The notes under the pieces: model-generated
The model's database searches: none
The model's input: only the letters and a program-made list of their open reading frames with translations
Told to the model about the DNA's origin: nothing
NCBI RefSeq assembly: GCF_006345805.1
Contig: NC_042997.1
Span: forward strand, 39,990,001 to 40,054,000
Length of the DNA stretch: 64,000 nt
Reading direction: 5' to 3'
Origin: Octopus sinensis
Taxonomy: Eukaryota
Position numbers and translations under genes: made by a program
In this document: piece after piece, positions 28,632-41,564 of the stretch
Numbering within the stretch: position 1 is the first letter of the stretch
How the letters are laid out: every line of letters begins with the position of its first letter

Positions 28632-29260
28632 GATCTGCATGTTTGTTACAATCACTTACCGAGACACACCCAGCGTCCTAGGGCGAGTGAAGGATAAAAG
28701 ATGTTACAGTATGAATGAAAACTTGAGGAGGAAAAGTGGCCGGGGATGGGGGTAATGAAATATCTTCATGTAATGCAACACAGACCTTTAAATTGATAGG
28801 GTTTTTCTAAGGATGTGGGCAATACTTGTCAGCACAATCTTTTGGATTCCTCTGAGACATGGTTCTCCCAGGATATTCTCTAGATGTTTCTGACATCCCT
28901 TTTTCTTATCATCTCCAGGGCACACCCACTAACAGGAACAGTTCTCGCTATAAGATGCCACATCTTTCCTATTTCCTATTTCCAGGTCCTTGTATTTACT
29001 TAATTTGTCAAATTCCTTTACAGATATATTTTTATAATTGGGAACACTTACATCTATTAGTCTACTAGTATTTTCTTCCTCGTCTTTAATGACTATATCT
29101 GGTCATTTAGCCTGGATCGTTCTGTCAGTATTGACTGGAAAATCGCAGAAGATAGTGACATTTTCACCCTCAACGACTGGCTCAGTGTGATGTTCATACC
29201 AGTAAGCAGGAGTGATGATATTGTAGTCTTGACATATTTTCCAATATAAATACTGTCCTA
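28632..29260 (-). mobile_element. Dong/R4-clade LINE 3' fragment (endonuclease domain plus 3' UTR)
   Basis: Homologous to 42450-43080; flanked by (TTG/TTC)n and (TTC/CTC/TTA)n arrays. Confidence 0.88.
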
Positions 29261-29339
29261 TTTCTTCTTCTTCTTCTTCTTCTTCTTCTTCTTCTTCTTC
29301 TCCTCCTCCTCCTCCTCCTCCCCTCCTCTTCTTCTTCTT

Positions 29340-29438
<99 letters not shown>
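29261..29438. repeat. Compound (TTC)n(CTC)n(TTC)n(TTA)n array
   Basis: Direct reading. Confidence 0.95.
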
Positions 29439-29932
29439 GAGTGAGAGAGCAGTTCATGCCATCAAAGTGACACTGGGGTAAAATATACGAAGCCCAATAT
29501 ACCCATCATGACTACCCGTCTGATAAGGGCACACCAGGCACATGCATCACAACCATATGTGTGCGACATGGTGATCTCATATCAAGATAAACAGCACATG
29601 ACCTTGCAGGTGGGGCCCAGTTAGAATTTTCTTCAGGTTGAGTAGCCCATCCCGCTCAAATGGTCCCTGAATAAGGGTTGTTTAAGGATGTTGAAAGAAC
29701 CACCCATGTTTCCAGAGGTGAATTATTCAAACCCCAAAGAATCCCTCTCAACACATGGCTATGATGCTCCCCCACTACTTCTGCTCGTGATCAGAGATGC
29801 ACACATCGTCAGCCACTAAGGGACATGCTGAACTGGTTAAGGTCAAACAACTGACAAGCAAATCTGTGGTATTGAGCAGAATATTTGCTGTAGCCCATCT
29901 TTTATACCAAGACAAAACAATGTACATGATAA

Positions 29933-29934
<2 letters not shown>
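29439..29934 (-). mobile_element. ~500-bp non-coding repeat inserted in (TAA)n, unclassified
   Basis: Homologous to 41565-42103 and 43109-43288; 3' end ...GCTCTCTCACTC followed by AATAAT. Confidence 0.8.
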
Positions 29935-30014
<80 letters not shown>

Positions 30015-30032
30015 ATTATTATTATTATTATC

Positions 30033-30150
30033 TAAGGCAGAATCGTTAGCGTGCTGGACGAGATGTTTAGCGGTATTTCGTCTGTCACTAAATTATGAGT
30101 TCAAATTCCGCCGAGATCTACTTTGCCTTTCAGCCTTTCATACTTCACTG
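30033..30150 (+). mobile_element. SINE family 3, 5' part
   Basis: ggcagaatcgttagcgtgctggacgagatgtttagcggtatttcgtc...gagttcaaattccgccgag. Confidence 0.8.
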
Positions 30151-30189
30151 CCCTTGTGGCAAAATTTGAAACGATTATTATTATTTATT

Positions 30190-33100
30190 GTCTTTGCACA
30201 GCTTCTATCTCTGGAAACGTAACACGGTGCCAGCTGTTCACTACCAGTGAACTAAGGTAATACCCCTTATTCTTCGAGCACCATACAGAGTATTCGAGCG
30301 GTTCCGAGTAGTGCTGTTTCCTGCAAGTGCCCCACCCTTATTGCAGTCCCTATTTGTCCATGTATTTCTCAAGATTTTTACTCATTGTTCACAGGGCTCC
30401 GACAATTATTGGTACTACTACCACCTTTTTCAGCGACCACAACTGCTTAACCTCCTAAGCTAACCTGTCATATCTATCGACTTTCTTTCTTCCTTATCGC
30501 ATACCTTGTTGACAGCTGGGCATGCTATATCTATGATCCAGCATCGCTTGCTTTCTTTCTCAATTAACAGTATGTCTGGCTTCCTATTCTCTATCTCATA
30601 GTCGCACTGGGTCATAAAATCTCATAGGAACTTTGCATTATCATTTTCGATGATGCCTTCGGGTTTATGTTCGTACCACTATTTTGCTTTGTCAAGTCCA
30701 TACTTGTTGCAAAGTGTCCAATGGACAATCCTTGCTATATTGTCATGACGTCTCATATTCTTTCTGGGCTAGTGGCATAATTGACTGGTAATATGCCATG
30801 CGGTTTCACCATTTTGTCCACAAATTCTTCACTTATCACTTTCTGATGTGTTGTCTATTCTGTATTTGATATAATTCGTTCTTAGTGCTTGCTCTTGGAC
30901 AGATTAGAGCCTCCGTTTCCAGTTTTAAATCACCTTTAGTCATCCACAGCCTTCTTTTTTCTCTGTCTGTCTTAATTTCAGCATCCCTATGAAATTTTCC
31001 CTGCATTCTTTTCTTTGTTTACCGATTTTCAGTTTCATTCATTTTCAATTTCTTGTATAGTGCTTTATCTTTGCAATCTTCCATCCTACACAAGCCCGAA
31101 CTTCTTACTTCAATAATAGTGGTTCTGTGGAATTTTTTGCATACCATGCTATGTTGCTTTCTTCTGCTCTAACGCTGTGTTCGCATCCAATCAGTCCTCT
31201 TCCCCCTCTTTCTTGGTACATACAGTCTGTCTGTGTCACCTTTTGGGTGGGGTATCCCATATCTAGTCAGCAACTTCATTGTCTTTCTGTCTAAGCTGTT
31301 TAGTTCGTCTATTGTCCATGCGATTACCCCTGATCCATATCTAAGGAATGAAACCGCCCAAGTGTTGATAGCTTCAATATTATTCTGTCCGTTTAATTTC
31401 GACTTAAGGATCAGTCTCAGTCTGCGTAAGTACTCCACCTTAAATTTTTCTCTCATTTCTTTCTCCATCAATTTATCCATTTCCAATATCCTCAAATATT
31501 TATAGCCCGTCTCTTCTATCTGCTTCATAACCTCCTCCGACGGTACCGCTAGCCCGTCCATACACTTGATTTTGCCTCTCTTCAAGATTATCACACCACA
31601 TTTTTTCAGTGCGACTTCCATTCTGATATCAGAACTGAAAGTATACACCGTATCAACGAGGAAGCTGACTTAGGATTCATCTTTACCATAAAGTTTGAAG
31701 TCATCCATGAATAACAAGTGGTTGACTTTCTGTTGGCAGCTTTTGAATACATAACCAGCCTTTGCTTTCCTCAGAATCAGTGTTAGTGGTATCATGCACA
31801 GTAAAAAGATCAGTGGAGACAAGCCTGGGAAGATGCCTTCACTGATTTATGTTGTCCCTAAACTTCTTTCATATGCTGTCAGTTTCGTCCTCCACTTCGC
31901 GATACTTTTTCCAAGCAATCACTCAACATTCGATGCAATACCAAAGAGGTTCATACATTCCATAATCCAAGAATGTGGGACCATATCGTACGCCTTACAA
32001 TAACAGATCCATGACGTACCTAAGTTGGTTTTCCTCCTTTGCAGCTACTAAGTACAGTTTTTTTCTACCAGGATTTGATCCTTGGCACCTCTGCACTTAT
32101 GCTTGCAACCCTTCTGCTCACGTGATAGGACTCCATTTTTTCCAAATGTCCGTACATTTCCACATGTGGCAAGCAGGATATCGGCCTGTAATTGTCTACC
32201 GTATTGCCTTTTTCGATATTTTTCAAGCACAGCACTGTCCTACCCATTGTCAACCACTCTGGTGTTACTTGGTCGGCATTTAACAAGGTGTTGTGTTGTG
32301 CAGCTGTTCATGCATGACACGCACCAAATCTTTTGATCCAGTAGCCTTGAACTCCATCTGGTCCCGGGGCCTTCTAGTTGCCCATTTTGTGCTGATTTCC
32401 TTCACTTCTCTAACTGAAATGACTGGTTCTGCCTGTTTTGGACAAACTACTGTTTGTTTCAGTTCTTGCAACCATTCAACACCCTTCTTGTGCTCCTTGT
32501 CTTTGCATCAGATGTCACTCCAAAACCTTTGACTTTCATTGTTATCTGGTATCAACTTTTCATCTGTACACTCTCCTTTTATTTCTTTGTAGAATCTCTT
32601 CTGATCTACTTTGAATAACCTATTCTGCTGGTAACTCTTCATTGTTTGGTCGTATCGTACTATCTTTACTTTCTTTGCAACGAGGTACTGTTTCAGTTCC
32701 TCCATTACCATTTCAGGCTCTTTTTTTCAATATTATACTTCCTTTTCAGTGCCCTGTATTTTTGTTCGCTTTTAAGCTGCCCCTTTTCTTTTCGGTCTAA
32801 CTCAGAAATGTCCTTCGAGAGGATATCTAACCCCGCCTATATTCTTCTCTTCCACCATGGATCTTTTCTTTTTTCACTCCCATTATATTTCTTTTTCTTG
32901 ACATCAACACTCACATTTTTTGCTACAGCAACACTTGCTGCCTTGATCAAATTATTTGTTTCTGTGATGTTTTTTGTTCTGATGTATTTCAGAATTTCAT
33001 TCACATTTTTCGTTTCTTGGTTCAATTTCCAACGATCAACCTTTTTAAGGTTTTAATGTGCCTATCGTTCTCCTGTAGCATTGCCTTTATTCTGTCGTAG

Positions 33101-33300
33101 ATTTTGTCCATTTGTCATGTCACCATTAGTATAATTGTCTTCTTCTAAACAATCTACATGTCTTTCATCGTGCAAGCTATCACTGTTACTTTCCTGTGGT
33201 TTATTACAGATTTCACCTCTATTTTCTGCTATGAGATTACTTTTATCTGTAGGAACTGTATTTTCATCGCAGCGATTATGAGGTAGTGATTATCAGGTTG
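30190..33300 (-). mobile_element. Dong/R4-clade non-LTR retrotransposon, long degraded copy (RT, CCHC finger, restriction-like endonuclease)
   Basis: [30 protein letters not shown] (31681-31720), KLNGQNNIEAINTWAV, RPDILLI..IIDIACP, VPIIVGAL; many stops and frameshifts; TAA repeats at both ends. Confidence 0.93.
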
Positions 33301-33429
33301 CGCAATTACCAGTGTTTTTATTGTGACACCATCACTCGAAATATCATCAATCAAATCATAGGGAAGTTCTAACTGCTTCCTTTCATTATTATTATTATCA
33401 TCACTAATATTATTTTCATTTTCCCCTAC

Positions 33430-33646
33430 TCTTTACTCTTTACTCTTTTACTCTTTTACTTGTTTCAGTCATTTGACTGCGGCCATGCTGAAGCACCGCC
33501 TTTAGTCGAGCAAATCGACCCCGGGACTTATTCTTTTGTAAGCCCAGTACTTATTCTATCGGTCTCTTTTGCCGAACCGCTAAGTAAACACACCAGCATC
33601 GGTTGTCAAGCAATGCTAGGGGGAACAAACACAGACACACAAACAC

Positions 33647-33710
<64 letters not shown>

Positions 33711-33874
33711 AATATACGACGGGCTTCTTTCAGTTTCCGTCTACCAAATCCACTCACAAGGCATTGGTCGGCCCGGGGCTATAGCAGAAGACACTTGCCC
33801 AAGATGCCACGCAGTGGGACTGAACCCGGAACCATGTGGCTGGTAAGCAAGCTACTTACCACACAGCCACTCCT
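33430..33874 (-). mobile_element. SINE family 1, full length
   Basis: Full consensus match. Confidence 0.9.
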
Positions 33875-34668
33875 GCTATTTGTCATTGTTAATATTTCTT
33901 TTGATCCGACATGAATTTTGGCTAAATTATTATTGTTATTTCCATTTATTATTAAAAGTTTTTATTGAATGCTGTTTAGTTTCAACTTTTGTCTTGTACT
34001 TGAAATAATCATAAGTATGTGAGTATTTAAGGGAATAGTAGGAGCAAGATAGACAGCTTGGTGAATAGATTAAATTTCACAGGTCTGTAAATAGATTCGG
34101 CAGATGGTGAAGAGATCAGCAATGGGCATTCCTGTGTGATAAGGAGACAAAAGCAGCCTCATACCCTTGGGGTCAGCAGAGGTCAAATGTGTTTACTATT
34201 ACTACTAGCGATCAATGACAGCGCTGACCTTGGCCTTGAAAAGAACCAAATCAGCTTGTTTTATTTTTAATTACTGATAGAAAATAAATTATATATACCC
34301 TATTTGCACCAAATCCAGAACTACTTGCCTCCCTTACACATAATCTTTATTCTCAGGGACTAATAAACCTGACACCGTTCATCAATCGGTGTGCATTCAA
34401 AGCAATGATTGGTTGTATTCAAAGCAATGATTAGTAATTTACGAAACCGGTATGCTTTTAAATCTCTTTAATTCACAATAATGACTTTTAGTACTTTTAT
34501 TCCTACCTCAGTTCATCTAATTGTATATCTATCTATCGTTACTTTCCATAAAAAGCCTCTACTTTTTTTGATTTCCAAAGTGCATTTTCGCTTATTTTTC
34601 TTCTTACTTTCCCCTTATATTTCCACGTATAGTTTCTATTTTCTTTTTGTAACATATTTCTATATATA

Positions 34669-34742
<74 letters not shown>

Positions 34743-35185
34743 TGATTTTCACCTCGTTGAATTTTTTTCTTTGAAATTATTCTTTTCTTCTTATAAGTTT
34801 TGCTGTGGTTTACAGTTTTTGCAATCGTACAGTTTATACATATTGGCAGGTGCTTACCTCCTTAATTTTTTGTTTTTTGTCGTGCATTTAATTGTGTTGT
34901 TACAATAAAAGGCATGTTTATATATTCGGGTAGTCAGGGAAAAAAGAAAGATAAAATTTCCACACAAAATTGTAGATATTAAACATTCTAAATTGTTTTG
35001 AAATGTTCGTTTGTATGTCCGATGAGAGAAGACTGTAGCGTTTTTGCAATAAAAAGGATGTTTACATTTTCGAATACTCAGGGAGGAAGGAAAGGAAAGA
35101 AAAGGAGGGTAAGATTTTCACAGAAAATTGTAGATATTAAAGTTTTAGAATTCACTAAATATGATCTTTTGTATGTCAGAACAGA

Positions 35186-35341
35186 CAGGATAGACAATCC
35201 TTGCTATATTGTTATGACGTCTCTTATATTCTTGGCGTACATTGACTGGTAATATGCCAAACGTTTTCACCATTTTGTCCACACATTTTGCACTTATCAC
35301 TTTCTGATGTGTTGTCTATTCTATATTTGATGAAATTGGTT
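35186..35341 (-). mobile_element. Dong/R4 CCHC-region fragment
   Basis: Homologous to 30720-30880 (DKCKMCGQNGENVWHI); begins at a (TAA/CAA)n array. Confidence 0.8.
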
Positions 35342-35361
35342 CATTATTATTATTGTTATGG

Positions 35362-35425
<64 letters not shown>

Positions 35426-36278
35426 TTTTTTTTTCTTCTTTCAAATTTGCTTCCATTTCTTGCCGGGTGTCTTCCCGACTCCTAGGGCAAAGAAACTCAT
35501 AGTATACATTGGTAGGCCATTAAACCAAACTCAATAGTTCGTTCATTTAAAAAAAAAAAATTTTTTTCTTAAGTTAAATTAAAATACATGAGCAGCAACA
35601 GTTCTCACATCGACAATGCTCTTCTCAATACGTGTGATGTACCAGTTAAGACAATCTTTTGCACTTCTTGCAGGGATGGTAAGCCAGGGATCATTCTCAT
35701 ATAATTTTCGGTTCCCTTCTTGATCATTCCTAGTGCTCCTACGATCACTGGTATTGTAACCGCCTTGAGATGCCACATTTTCTCAATTTCAATGAGTAGG
35801 TCTTTATATTTTCTGAGCTTGTCAAACTCTTTCGCTGAGATATTATGATCACAGGAGATGCTCATGTCGATCAATAAGCAAACTTTATTGTTTTGGTCTT
35901 TCACAACAATATCTGGTTTATTGGCTTGATGGTTCGGTCTGTATGTACTGGAAAGTCCCACAGAATAGTTACATTTTCTCCTTCAGTTACAGCCTCAGGG
36001 TGGTGATTATACCACTTGTCGGCAGTTTTGATATTGTAATGCCGACTTATTAGCCAGTGGAGATATTGGCCAACTCTGTCATGTCTTAATTCATACTCCA
36101 CTGGTGCTAAGACTTTACATCCAGAGATTAGGTGGTCCACTGTTTCAATCATGTCGTTGCAGAATCTGCATTTTGGGTCCGCTCCATTTTTCATCACATT
36201 GGCCTGGTAGTTCCGGGTTAATAGGCTTTGATCTTGAGCAGCCAGGATGAAACCTTCGCTCTCTGCTTTTAGCCCTTT
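35426..36278 (-). mobile_element. Dong/R4 LINE, 5'-truncated, young
   Basis: CRFCNDMIETVDHLISGC, KPDIVVKD..LIDMSI..KEFDKLRKYKDL, IPVIVGALG; one frameshift; (TAA)n on both sides. Confidence 0.93.
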
Positions 36279-36298
36279 TATTATTATTATTATTATTA

Positions 36299-36345
<47 letters not shown>

Positions 36346-36353
36346 TATTATTA

Positions 36354-36409
<56 letters not shown>

Positions 36410-36410
36410 T

Positions 36411-37915
36411 TTATAGCGTGCTTTCACTTCACTACCGAGCGCAGTTCTGTGTGCCTTGGGTATGTGCTGTGATTTGTTGTGATGCTCTGATGGTTATTGT
36501 ATGGAAAGTGTTCTGCATAGGATGTGTGCAGTGCCTAGTAGTGCAATTTTCTGTGTGTTATGTGTTTGTAAGTCCTGGTGTTTTTGTTATGTATTTGTCT
36601 GAATATTTTTTTATCATGCCTAATGCACCTACTATGATAGGAATTGTTTCTGTTTTTAGATTCCACATTCTGGTTACCTCTATTTCCAGGTCTTTGTATT
36701 TTGAGAGTTTCTCCATTTCTTTTAGAGACACGTTGTCATCTGCCGGTATTGATACATCAATTAGAAAGCATTTTTTTCTTCATGATCTCTGACAACTATA
36801 TCTGGTCTGTTGGCCTTAATTTCTCTATCTGTGTGTATCGGCATATCCCAGAGTATGGTTGCTTTCTCGTTTTCTGTGACCTTTTCTGATGTGTGCCTAT
36901 ACCATCTTTTTTCTGTTATTATTCCATAATGTTGGCATAGCTTCCAGTGTATGTAGGTTCCAACTCTGTCATGTCTGTGAATATATTCCTTCTTAGCCAG
37001 GACTGGGCAGCCAGAGATAATATGATTTATTTTTTCTTGTCCATCTCCACATATTCTGCAGTTACTTGTTATATTTCTTTTCATTACATGTTTTTGGTAA
37101 TTTCTGGTGGGGAGGCTTTGGTCTTATACTGCAATTAAAAATCCCTCTGTCTCTGCCTTGAGTCCTGAGCTTCTCAACCATTGCTGGGATTTTTCTTTGT
37201 ATATTTCTTTTGCGTTTAGTTTAGTCCAGTATTTACGATGAAGGGGATTTTCTTGCCATCGTTTTATCATGGTTCGTTGCTGTTCTATTTTCAGTTTGGA
37301 TTTCATTTGTTTTATAGCTTTTGTTGTTGTTATTGTTGTTGTTGTTGTTGTTGTTGTTGTTCTTCTTCTTCTTCTTCTTCTTCTTCTTCTTCTTCTTCTT
37401 CTTCTTCTTCTTCTTCTTCTTCATATTTATTAGGTGGTATGATTTCTTGTTTGTATTTGTCAGCTTCCTTAGATACTGAGAACAATTTTTTGTTTTGCTC
37501 GTGTTTTGCCGCTATTTGTATCAGTTTTCCTTCCTTCTGAAGTAGATATTTTTGCAGTCCTATGGTGGTTATTTTATAGTAGTTTTCCAGCTGTATAAGG
37601 CCTCTACCACCTTCTATACGTTGTATATATAGTCTTTCTATGTCAGATTTTGGGTAATGCATCCTAGATCCTGTCATTATTTTTCTTGTTTTCCTATCTA
37701 TTTTGGTCAGTTCATTTAGTGTCCAGTTAAGGATATTGTAGCTGTAACTTATAACTGGGACAGCTAAAGTGTTAATACCTATTATCTTGTTTTTAGCATG
37801 TCGTCTTTTGTAATTGCGTTGTACCAATTTCGAGCACTCGCTAACGATGTGCCATACCGTTTCACCCATCTAACTGCACATTTTGCATTTGTCGCTGTCG
37901 GAAGTATTCTGCACA
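36411..37915 (-). mobile_element. Dong/R4 LINE, 5'-truncated chimeric copy 1
   Basis: RT thumb (KIDRKTRK..H.PKSDIERLY..GGRGL), CRICGDGQEKINHIISGC, NRPDIVVRD, IPIIVGALG; (TAA)n on both sides. Confidence 0.93.
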
Positions 37916-38023
37916 TTATTATTATTATTATTATATTATTATTATTATTTATTATTTTATTATTATTATATATTATTATTATTATTATATTATTATATTA
38001 TTATTATTATTATATTATTATTT

Positions 38024-39526
38024 TTATAGCGTGCTTTCACTTCACTACCGAGCGCAGTTCTGTGTGCCTTGGGTATGTGCTGTGATTTGTTGTGATGCTC
38101 TGATGGTTATTGTATGGAAAGTGTTCTGCATAGGATGTGTGCAGTGCCTAGTAGTGCAATTTTCTGTGTGTTATGTGTTTGTAAGTCCTGGTGTTTTTGT
38201 TATGTATTTGTCTGAATATTTTTTTATCATGCCTAATGCACCTACTATGATAGGAATTGTTTCTGTTTTTAGATTCCACATTCTGGTTACCTCTATTTCC
38301 AGGTCTTTGTATTTTGAGAGTTTCTCCATTTCTTTTAGAGACACGTTGTCATCTGCCGGTATTGATACATCAATTAGAAAGCATTTTTTTCTTCATGATC
38401 TCTGACAACTATATCTGGTCTGTTGGCCTTAATTTCTCTATCTGTGTGTATCGGCATATCCCAGAGTATGGTTGCTTTCTCGTTTTCTGTGACCTTTTCT
38501 GATGTGTGCCTATACCATCTTTTTTCTGTCATTATTCCATAATGTTGGCATAGCTTCCAGTGTATGTAGGTTCCAACTCTGTCATGTCTGTGAATATATT
38601 CCTTCTTAGCCAGGACTGGGCAGCCAGAGATAATATGATTTATTTTTTCTTGTCCATCTCCACATATTCTGCAGTTACTTGTTATATTTCTTTTCATTAC
38701 ATGTTTTTGGTAATTTCTGGTGGGGAGGCTTTGGTCTTATACTGCAATTAAAAATCCCTCTGTCTCTGCCTTGAGTCCTGAGCTTCTCAACCATTGCTGG
38801 GATTTTTCTTTGTATATTTCTTTTGCGTTTAGTTTAGTCCAGTATTTACGATGAAGGGGATTTTCTTGCCATCGTTTTATCATGGTTCGTTGCTGTTCTA
38901 TTTTCAGTTTGGATTTCATTTGTTTTATAGCTTTTGTTGTTGTTATTGTTGTTGTTGTTGTTGTTGTTGTTGTTCTTCTTCTTCTTCTTCTTCTTCTTCT
39001 TCTTCTTCTTCTTCTTCTTCTTCTTCTTCTTCTTCATATTTATTAGGTGGTATGATTTCTTGTTTGTATTTGTCAGCTTCCTTAGATACTGAGAACAATT
39101 TTTTGTTTTGCTCGTGTTTTGCCGCTATTTGTATCAGTTTTCCTTCCTTCTGAAGTAGATATTTTTGCAGTCCTATGGTGGTTATTTTATAGTAGTTTTC
39201 CAGCTGTATAAGGCCTCTACCACCTTCTATACGTTGTATATATAGTCTTTCTATGTCAGATTTTGGGTAATGCATCCTAGATCCTGTCATTATTTTTCTT
39301 GTTTTCCTATCTATTTTGGTCAGTTCATTTAGTGTCCAGTTAAGGATATTGTAGCTGTAACTTATAACTGGGACAGCTAAAGTGTTAATACCTATTATCT
39401 TGTTTTTAGCATGTCGTCTTTTGTAATTGCGTTGTACCAATTTCGAGCACTCGCTAACGATGTGCCATACCGTTTCACCCATCTAACTGCACATTTTGCA
39501 TTTGTCGCTGTCGGAAGTATTCTGCA

Positions 39527-39528
<2 letters not shown>
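38024..39528 (-). mobile_element. Dong/R4 LINE chimeric copy 2 (tandem duplicate, period 1613 bp)
   Basis: ORF-track translations identical to copy 1 except GIITEK versus GIMTEK. Confidence 0.93.
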
Positions 39529-39589
<61 letters not shown>

Positions 39590-39693
39590 TAATTTATAAA
39601 GATTGACGTAACTCTTCACGACGCAAATAGACAATAAGAAGAGTACGATGCGATTTGTAATAAAGTTTGCTTACTTAACACGCTCTTCTTCTT

Positions 39694-39761
<68 letters not shown>

Positions 39762-40009
39762 GTAAGGGACAAGTTTCAAAAACAGTCAACATTTACATAA
39801 AATGGGATTCGAGAAAACAAACAAACATTAAAAAATAGTAGTATGATAGAAAACATTGTGAAATGTCCTGAACTGAATCTAACTTCCACTGTCCCATATT
39901 ACCTGGCGTAAGTGATGAAGACCATATCATTACGGATGCTAGTCTGATAGTGCCAAGAAAATCCTTGGTCATCGCCTTCCGTCTCTGAGAACGAAGCAAT
40001 TTGTCTTAC

Positions 40010-40204
40010 CCTTCTCAAACCTCCGACCGGTTGTGATGACCGTGGCGCTCGGGAAATAATAGCCTCTGGGATTTCCTATTTGTTTGCAGTACACGTCAAT
40101 CCGTCTCTTCTGCATTTCCAACTCTTCAAAGCCCTGAATTAGCTTCTGTTTTCTGCCTTCTAACACTTTGTCATTGCTCTTCTTTTCACACCCACGACAT
40201 GACA
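40010..40204 (-). CDS. Candidate 195-nt phase 1-1 coding exon, unidentified protein
   Basis: Open frame SCRGCEKKSNDKVLEGRKQKLIQGFEELEMQKRRIDVYCKQIGNPRGYYFPSATVITTGRRFEK between tttcggtacag| and G|gtaaga; no recognised homology. Confidence 0.25.
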
Positions 40205-41127
40205 CTGTACCGAAATGGCGTATTGGGGGTCATAGGGACTTGGATACCCATATAAGACATATGACATTCCTCAAGCGCCATACTTTGCTGACATGTTAAG
40301 AACGATCTAAAGGTTAGTGTCATATTGCGACGTGTCTTATATTGTATCACTTGCCTGTGGGTTGGGGAATGATGCAATAGCTGGGCGTGCTTCAAACATA
40401 CGGTCTCATAAGCCCAGATGGAGATGTCGCTCAACAAAGTGGTCAAGACTATCTTTAGTTGTTGCTTATAGGGCATAAGAAAAGTTGCTGTGTTTTTAAA
40501 TAAGAAGAGATATGAAACCATTCTGCTTGTTTTGGTCACGTATTGCTGCCATAGTGACTTTTCTCCCTTCGAAACCTCATATACATCTCCTTATTCTTAC
40601 CAGCTTTAGTGAAAAAATTGTGAACAGCCTATTCTATGTTGCTCAAAATAACTCTTTAGCATATTAAATTTATCTTGTTTATTTTCTTTGGTAAAATGTG
40701 TGGGTTTGCTAATGTTGTTGATAACAATATCACTAAAATTGTTAAGATTTAAATGATAAAATGCATTAATTGTTTTAGTTTGAGTTTTACTGGGAAATTA
40801 AATTTATTCATTAAGTTTTTGCTTGCTCTTCTTGTAACTACGTTCACTTCCATTATTTTTTTTTCAAACAGCTGTTATTCTGTTACGAAGCACAGTTGGA
40901 TGTAAACAAATTTAAGACAAAAACAAAGTCCATCAATTACAGATTCCATGTCTTCCCGTCATGGAAGGGTACATGCTCAGTGCATTTCAGGAGGTTCCCT
41001 CTCGGATATTATCCAAAAAGTAATATTAGTGAAAATGAAAAATCCTCCGTGAGTTTTGCAACATGTGTACTCGCCATAGATGTAGTACTAGTCATGACAT
41101 TGATGATGCTGATAATAATGATTGCAA

Positions 41128-41482
41128 AATTTAGCACGAAGCCAGCAAATTCGGGGGAGCGGGGCTAGTCGGTTTCGTCGACTCCAGTGCTCAACTGGTA
41201 CTTATTTTATCAACCCCGAAAGGATGAAAGGCAAAATCAGCTTCTGCGGAATTTGAACTCAGAACGTAAGGACGGACGATATACCGCTAAGCATTTTGCT
41301 CGGCGTGCTAACAATTCTTCAAGACAGAAGGGAACAAGGTGATTACATCGCCCTCAGTGTTTCACTGGTATTTAATTTATCGGCTCCGAAAGGATAAAAG
41401 GCAAAGTCGACCTCAGCGGAATTTGAATTCAGACGGACGAAATGCCGCTAAGTATTTTGCTGGCGTGCTAACGATTCTACTA
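41128..41482 (-). mobile_element. Two adjacent SINE family 3 copies (41128-41320, 41340-41482)
   Basis: Core ccccgaaaggatgaaaggcaaa...gaatttgaactcagaacg occurs twice. Confidence 0.85.
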
Positions 41483-41484
41483 CC

Positions 41485-41548
<64 letters not shown>

Positions 41549-41564
41549 ACTACTACTTCTACTA

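Noticed and set aside
34070-34160. Good acceptor tttcacag|G
   Set aside because: Stops in all three frames within 30 nt.
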